Positions 59,032 to 64,000 of a stretch of DNA of 64,000 nt are shown in pieces (the stretch's first letter is position 1; the number at the start of each line of letters is the position of its first letter). Position numbers and translations under genes: made by a program. Origin of the DNA: a phage; the NCBI GenBank assembly GCA_024790105.1, contig GCA_024790105.1_3053.1; one strand, written 5' to 3'. The notes beneath the pieces are model-generated. The model was not told where the DNA came from. It searched no databases and was given only the letters and a program-made list of their open reading frames with translations.

Positions 59032-60836
59032 TGAAACAAAATATTAATATCGGTAATGTTGTAGATGATGGTACCGGTGACTACCTGCGTAAAGGTGGTA
59101 TAAAAATAAATGAAAACTTTGATGAACTTTATTATGAGCTTGGTGATGGGAATGTTCCATATTCAGCCGGTGCCTGGAAAACTTATAATGCTTCATCAGG
59201 ACAAACACTAACAGCAGAATGGGGAAAATCATATGCCATTAACACTTCATCTGGAAGAGTAACTCTACAACTTCCTAAAGGAACCGTTAATGATTATAAT
59301 AAAGTAATTAAAGCTAGGGATGTATTTGCAACATGGAATGTTAATCCAGTTACTCTAGTAGCCGCTTCTGGTGATACTATTAAAGGATCATCGTCATCAG
59401 TTGAAATTAATGTTCAATTTAGTGATTTAGAATTAGTTTATTGTGCTCCAGGACGTTGGGAATATGTCAAAAACAAACAAATTGACAAAATTATTAGTTC
59501 AGATATTAGTAATGTAGCACGTAAAGAATTTTTAGTCGAAGTTCAAGGACAAACAGACTTTTTAGATGTTTTCCGTGGAACTAGCTATAATGTTAATAAC
59601 ATCCGAGTAAAACACCGCGGTAATGAATTATATTATGGCGATGTATTTAGTGAAAACAGTGACTTTGGCTCTCCTGGGGAAAATGAAGGAGAATTGATTC
59701 CTCTTGATGGATTTAATATTAGATTAAGACAGCCTTGTAATGTTGGTGACACTGTTCAAATTGAAACATTTATGGATGGTGTATCGCAGTGGAGAAGTTC
59801 ATATACAAGACGCCAAATAAAAGTATTAGATTCAAAATTAACATCAAAGACTTCTTTAGAAGGAAGCATTTATGTTACTGATTTATCAGCGATGAAATCA
59901 ATTCCATTCTCCGCATTTGGATTAATTCCTGGCGAACCCATTAATCCTAATTCTCTTGAGGTTCGTTTTAATGGAATTTTACAGCAGCAGGCTGGAACAG
60001 CTGGATATCCTCTGTTTTTGTGCGAAGGCGCTAATTCAGATACGCAAGAAGGATGTATATCTCTTGGCGGCGAATGGAAAGAATCAAACACCGATTATTC
60101 TATAGAATATGAAGACGGAAAACCTATCAGTCTTTTATTTGATAGAAAATTTGAATCCGGTGACATTATCGTTATAACATGGTTCAATAATGATTTAGGA
60201 ACTCTTTTAGAAAAAGATGACATCATTGAATTGACTGATGACCGTTATGTTAGTAAAGGATCATCTACTGAAGTTACTGGTGATGTGGCCTTAACAGATT
60301 TTGATAAAATCGGTTGGCCAAATGTTGAAAAAGTTGATTCTTATACTAGAACGTATAATTCAATATCATCTATTTTCGACAGCATTTATCCTGTTGGTTC
60401 AATTTATGAAAACGCTATAAACCCAAATAATCCGGTGACTTATATGGGATTTGGTTCATGGAAATTATTTGGTAAAGGACAAGTTTTAGTAGGATGGAAT
60501 GATGATGTTACGGATCCAAACTTTGCTTTAAACAATAATGATTTAGATTCTAGCGGAAATCCTTCACATACGGCAGGTGGAACGGTTGGAACAACATCAG
60601 TAACGCTTGAAAACGCAAATCTTCCTGCAACTAAAACCGACGAAAGAGTTTTAATTGAAGACGAAAATGGATCGGTTATTATTGGAGGTTGCCAATATGA
60701 CCCAGATGAAACTGGTCCTATATATACAAAATATCGTGAAGATTACGCAACAACAAACTCTTCACATACTCCTCCTGCTAATATTAGTAATATTCAACCG
60801 TCTATTACTGTATACCGTTGGATAAGGATTGCATAA
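59031..60836 (+). CDS. 10: Baseplate wedge protein gp10
   Basis: 601 aa; synteny. Confidence 0.9.
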   Translation: MKQNINIGNVVDDGTGDYLRKGGIKINENFDELYYELGDGNVPYSAGAWKTYNASSGQTLTAEWGKSYAINTSSGRVTLQLPKGTVNDYNKVIKARDVFATWNVNPVTLVAASGDTIKGSSSSVEINVQFSDLELVYCAPGRWEYVKNKQIDKIISSDISNVARKEFLVEVQGQTDFLDVFRGTSYNVNNIRVKHRGNELYYGDVFSENSDFGSPGENEGELIPLDGFNIRLRQPCNVGDTVQIETFMDGVSQWRSSYTRRQIKVLDSKLTSKTSLEGSIYVTDLSAMKSIPFSAFGLIPGEPINPNSLEVRFNGILQQQAGTAGYPLFLCEGANSDTQEGCISLGGEWKESNTDYSIEYEDGKPISLLFDRKFESGDIIVITWFNNDLGTLLEKDDIIELTDDRYVSKGSSTEVTGDVALTDFDKIGWPNVEKVDSYTRTYNSISSIFDSIYPVGSIYENAINPNNPVTYMGFGSWKLFGKGQVLVGWNDDVTDPNFALNNNDLDSSGNPSHTAGGTVGTTSVTLENANLPATKTDERVLIEDENGSVIIGGCQYDPDETGPIYTKYREDYATTNSSHTPPANISNIQPSITVYRWIRIA

Positions 60837-61495
60837 TGAGTTTACTTAATAATAAAGCGGGAGTTATTTCCCGCTTAGCAGATTTTCTTGGTTTTAGAAC
60901 TAAGAAAAATGATATTTCGGTTATGAATAATCAACCGGTCGGCGCCGTAACAATATCACAAATAGCAAAAGGTTTTTATGACCCAAATGTCGAATCAGCT
61001 ATTAATGATGTTAGAAATATGGCAGAGCAACAGGTTGGAGCTGTATTAGTTAATATAAGCGGCTTATCTCCTACTGGCGTGCAACAAACAGACTATTGGT
61101 CATTTGAAGGAACTGTTACTGACACTTCAGCCAAACCAGGTGACCCAGTTATTGTTAACATGTTTGGTATTCCAGTTAAAGCTACTAATGGAATGACTTC
61201 AATCGAATTCACGAGTGCCGTTAGAACAGCTCTACAGGAAATGGTTGCAAAATTTATTGCAATTGATTCATTTGAAGACCATCCTACTATAGGAAATAAA
61301 ATACAAGTTAAGTATTTAGATAACCAAGAACATATCTTAGAACAATACTCTGATAAAGGAATTACTTTCAAACAAGAAATAATTTCTCCTTCTAAACCTG
61401 GGTATGGAACTTGGCAATTATTAGGTGCGCAAACTGTTACGCTAGATAGTCACACACAACCTACAGTATTTTATTATTTTGAGAGAATAGCATGA
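60836..61495 (+). CDS. 11: Baseplate wedge / short tail fibre attachment protein gp11
   Basis: Start set at MSLLNNKAG (219 aa) by recall of T4 gp11; ATGA overlap with gene 10 stop. Confidence 0.85.
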   Translation: MSLLNNKAGVISRLADFLGFRTKKNDISVMNNQPVGAVTISQIAKGFYDPNVESAINDVRNMAEQQVGAVLVNISGLSPTGVQQTDYWSFEGTVTDTSAKPGDPVIVNMFGIPVKATNGMTSIEFTSAVRTALQEMVAKFIAIDSFEDHPTIGNKIQVKYLDNQEHILEQYSDKGITFKQEIISPSKPGYGTWQLLGAQTVTLDSHTQPTVFYYFERIA

Positions 61496-63042
61496 GTAAC
61501 AATACATATCAGCACGTATCAAATGAATCAAAATATGTTAAATTCGATCCAGTAGGATCGAATTTTCCTGACACTGTCACGACAGTGCAGTCTGCATTAT
61601 CAAAAATAAGTAATATTGGCGTAAATGGTATTCCTGATGCAACTATGGAAGTTAAAGGAATAGCAATGATTGCATCAGAGCAAGAGGTTTTAGATGGAAC
61701 TAATAATTCTAAAATCGTTACACCGGCTACATTAGCAACAAGATTATTGTATCCAAATGCTACTGAAACTAAATATGGTTTAACGCGCTATTCAACAAAT
61801 GAAGAAACTTTAGAAGGCTCAGATAATAATTCGTCGATAACTCCACAAAAATTGAAATACCATACTGACGATGTATTCCAAAACAGGTATTCATCTGAAT
61901 CATCAAATGGAGTTATTAAAATATCATCTACACCTGCGGCTTTGGCTGGTGTAGATGATACTACGGCAATGACTCCATTAAAAACCCAAAAACTTGCAAT
62001 AAAATTAATTTCACAAATAGCTCCTTCAGAAGACACAGCATCAGAATCTGTTAGAGGTGTAGTTCAGTTATCAACTGTCGCTCAAACTCGCCAAGGAACT
62101 CTTCGCGAAGGATATGCAATTTCTCCGTATACCTTTATGAATTCTGTTGCAACACAAGAATATAAGGGTGTTATACGTTTAGGAACACAATCGGAAATTA
62201 ACAGTAATTTAGGAGATGTTGCAGTAACAGGTGAAACACTAAATGGTCGAGGAGCTACTGGTTCTATGCGCGGTGTAGTAAAATTAACGACGCAAGCCGG
62301 TATTGCCCCCGAAGGTGATGGCTCTGGAGCATTAGCATGGAACGCAGATGTAATTAATACTCGCGGTGGACAAACTATTAACGGTTCTTTAAATTTAGAC
62401 CATCTTACAGCAAATGGAATTTGGTCACGTGGCGGTATGTGGAAAAATGGCGATCAACCTGTTGCCACTGAAAGATATGCGTCTGAAAGGGTTCCAGTTG
62501 GAACTATTATGATGTTTGCGGGTGATTCTGCACCTCCAGGTTGGATTATGTGCCATGGTGGAACCGTGTCAGGAGATCAATATCCTGATTATAGAAACAC
62601 AGTTGGAACGAGATTTGGTGGTGATTGGAATAACCCTGGCATTCCTGATATGCGAGGTCTTTTCGTCAGAGGAGCTGGCACAGGAGGTCATATTTTAAAT
62701 CAACGAGGACAAGATGGTTATGGAAAGGATAGACTTGGCGTAGGATGTGACGGAATGCATGTTGGCGGTGTTCAAGCACAACAAATGTCATACCATAAAC
62801 ATGCTGGTGGCTGGGGAGAATACCAAAGACATGAAGCTCCATTTGGCGCGTCCGTTTATCAAGGATATCTTGGAACTAGAAAATATGCCGACTGGGATAA
62901 TGCTTCATACTTCACTAATGATGGATTTGAATTAGGTGGACCGAGAGATGCCCTTGGTACACTTAATCGTGAAGGATTAATTGGTTATGAAACTAGACCA
63001 TGGAATATATCATTAAACTATATTATTAAAATTCATTACTAA
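61492..63042 (+). CDS. 12: Short tail fibre protein gp12
   Basis: 516 aa; conserved N-terminus and C-terminal receptor-binding domain with His-rich metal site; synteny. Confidence 0.9.
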   Translation: MSNNTYQHVSNESKYVKFDPVGSNFPDTVTTVQSALSKISNIGVNGIPDATMEVKGIAMIASEQEVLDGTNNSKIVTPATLATRLLYPNATETKYGLTRYSTNEETLEGSDNNSSITPQKLKYHTDDVFQNRYSSESSNGVIKISSTPAALAGVDDTTAMTPLKTQKLAIKLISQIAPSEDTASESVRGVVQLSTVAQTRQGTLREGYAISPYTFMNSVATQEYKGVIRLGTQSEINSNLGDVAVTGETLNGRGATGSMRGVVKLTTQAGIAPEGDGSGALAWNADVINTRGGQTINGSLNLDHLTANGIWSRGGMWKNGDQPVATERYASERVPVGTIMMFAGDSAPPGWIMCHGGTVSGDQYPDYRNTVGTRFGGDWNNPGIPDMRGLFVRGAGTGGHILNQRGQDGYGKDRLGVGCDGMHVGGVQAQQMSYHKHAGGWGEYQRHEAPFGASVYQGYLGTRKYADWDNASYFTNDGFELGGPRDALGTLNREGLIGYETRPWNISLNYIIKIHY

Positions 63043-63051
63043 GGATTACAA

Positions 63052-64000
63052 ATGATTGAATTAAAAGAGTTACCTTTTGTTGATAGCGTTCCTGGCGAAG
63101 GTCAGGAACGTATTTCATGGATTAAAAATGGTGAAGAAATATTAGGAGCTAGTACTAAGTATGGAAACGATGGGTCAATGAATAGACCAACTGTTTCCGT
63201 GTTTAAAAACGTCGAGGTTCTCGACGAAAATGTAGGAATTCTTAAAACTGCCATTGAAACATCTCAGGAAGATATTAAAACTATTCAAGGCATTTTAGAT
63301 GTATCAGGAGATATAGAAGCGCTATCACAGATCAGCGTTAATAAAAATGACATATCAAATTTAAAAACGCTTACGAGCGAACATACTGATATATTAAATG
63401 GTACAAATACTACTGTTGATAATATTCTTTCTGATATTGGTCCATTTAATTCGCAAGCAAATTCAGTTTATAGAACGATTAGAAATGATTTGTTATGGAT
63501 TAAAAGGGAATTAGGACAATATGCTGGACAAGATATTAATGGTCTTCCTGTTGTAGGAAATACCAGCACGGGAATGAAGCATCGTATTATTAATAATACA
63601 GATGCTATAACTTCCCAAGGAATACGTCTAAGTGATTTAGAAGAAAAATTTATTGAATCTGATGTAGGTTCGCTTACAATCGAAGTAGGAAATCTTAGAC
63701 AGGAATTAGGACAAAGACCACCTTCATTTAGTGAAAGTATATATTCACGTGTGCATAATTTAGATCAATCTCAAATTAATCTTAGTTCCGAAATTAAATC
63801 TATCAAAACTTCTATTGGATATCCAGGAAATACTTCAATAATCACAGATGTTAACACTAATACACGAGAAATTTCAGCTTTAACTGATGAGCTAAATAAA
63901 AGCGGAGGTGTTAAACAGCGATTAACTGTCATTGAAACATCGATTGGCTCAGATGATATTCCTTCTAGTATTAAAGGTCAAATTAAAGATAATACTACCT
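63052..64000 (+). CDS. wac: Fibritin (whisker) Wac, 5' partial, continues past window end
   Basis: N-terminus ...LPFVD...RISWIKNGEEILGA...SMNRPTVSV followed by coiled-coil heptads; no stop in window. Confidence 0.85.
   Translation, partial: MIELKELPFVDSVPGEGQERISWIKNGEEILGASTKYGNDGSMNRPTVSVFKNVEVLDENVGILKTAIETSQEDIKTIQGILDVSGDIEALSQISVNKNDISNLKTLTSEHTDILNGTNTTVDNILSDIGPFNSQANSVYRTIRNDLLWIKRELGQYAGQDINGLPVVGNTSTGMKHRIINNTDAITSQGIRLSDLEEKFIESDVGSLTIEVGNLRQELGQRPPSFSESIYSRVHNLDQSQINLSSEIKSIKTSIGYPGNTSIITDVNTNTREISALTDELNKSGGVKQRLTVIETSIGSDDIPSSIKGQIKDNTT

Overview
This window reads as a contiguous segment of a T-even (T4-like) myovirus genome, colinear with the T4 map from imm/gene 43 through the baseplate genes to the start of wac. 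Calls rest on six-frame translations compared against T4 protein sequences and gene order recalled from memory; no database search or tool was run. Coordinates 1-47957 are almost entirely minus-strand early/middle genes: DNA polymerase gp43, RegA, clamp loader gp62/gp44, clamp gp45, RpbA, gp46/gp47, alpha-glucosyltransferase, gp55, NrdH/NrdG/NrdD (with a group I intron carrying an I-TevII-like ORF), endonuclease VII, NrdC, rI, Tk, RegB, IPII, lysozyme e, NudE, a tRNA cluster, SegB, IPI-like, 57B (Acb1), 57A and genes 1, 3, 2, 4. Coordinates 48005-64000 are plus-strand late genes 53, 5, 5.4, 6-12 and the 5' part of wac. Accessory content is concentrated in 22-30 kb, 31-35.6 kb and 37-44 kb, where small ORFs are separated by repeated stem-loop plus early-promoter cassettes (PeSL-like). 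Six free-standing homing-endonuclease-like genes (GIY-YIG and HNH) are present; two HNH genes sit where tRNA-Gln and tRNA-Ser are expected, and the neighbouring tRNA-Pro and tRNA-Thr look truncated. No single cassette can be claimed as a new system from sequence alone. The best candidates for follow-up are a macro-domain protein, a GrcA/YfiD-like glycyl-radical protein, two orphan Walker-type ATPases and a relocated internal-protein-like gene. All start codons and regulatory coordinates are approximate.
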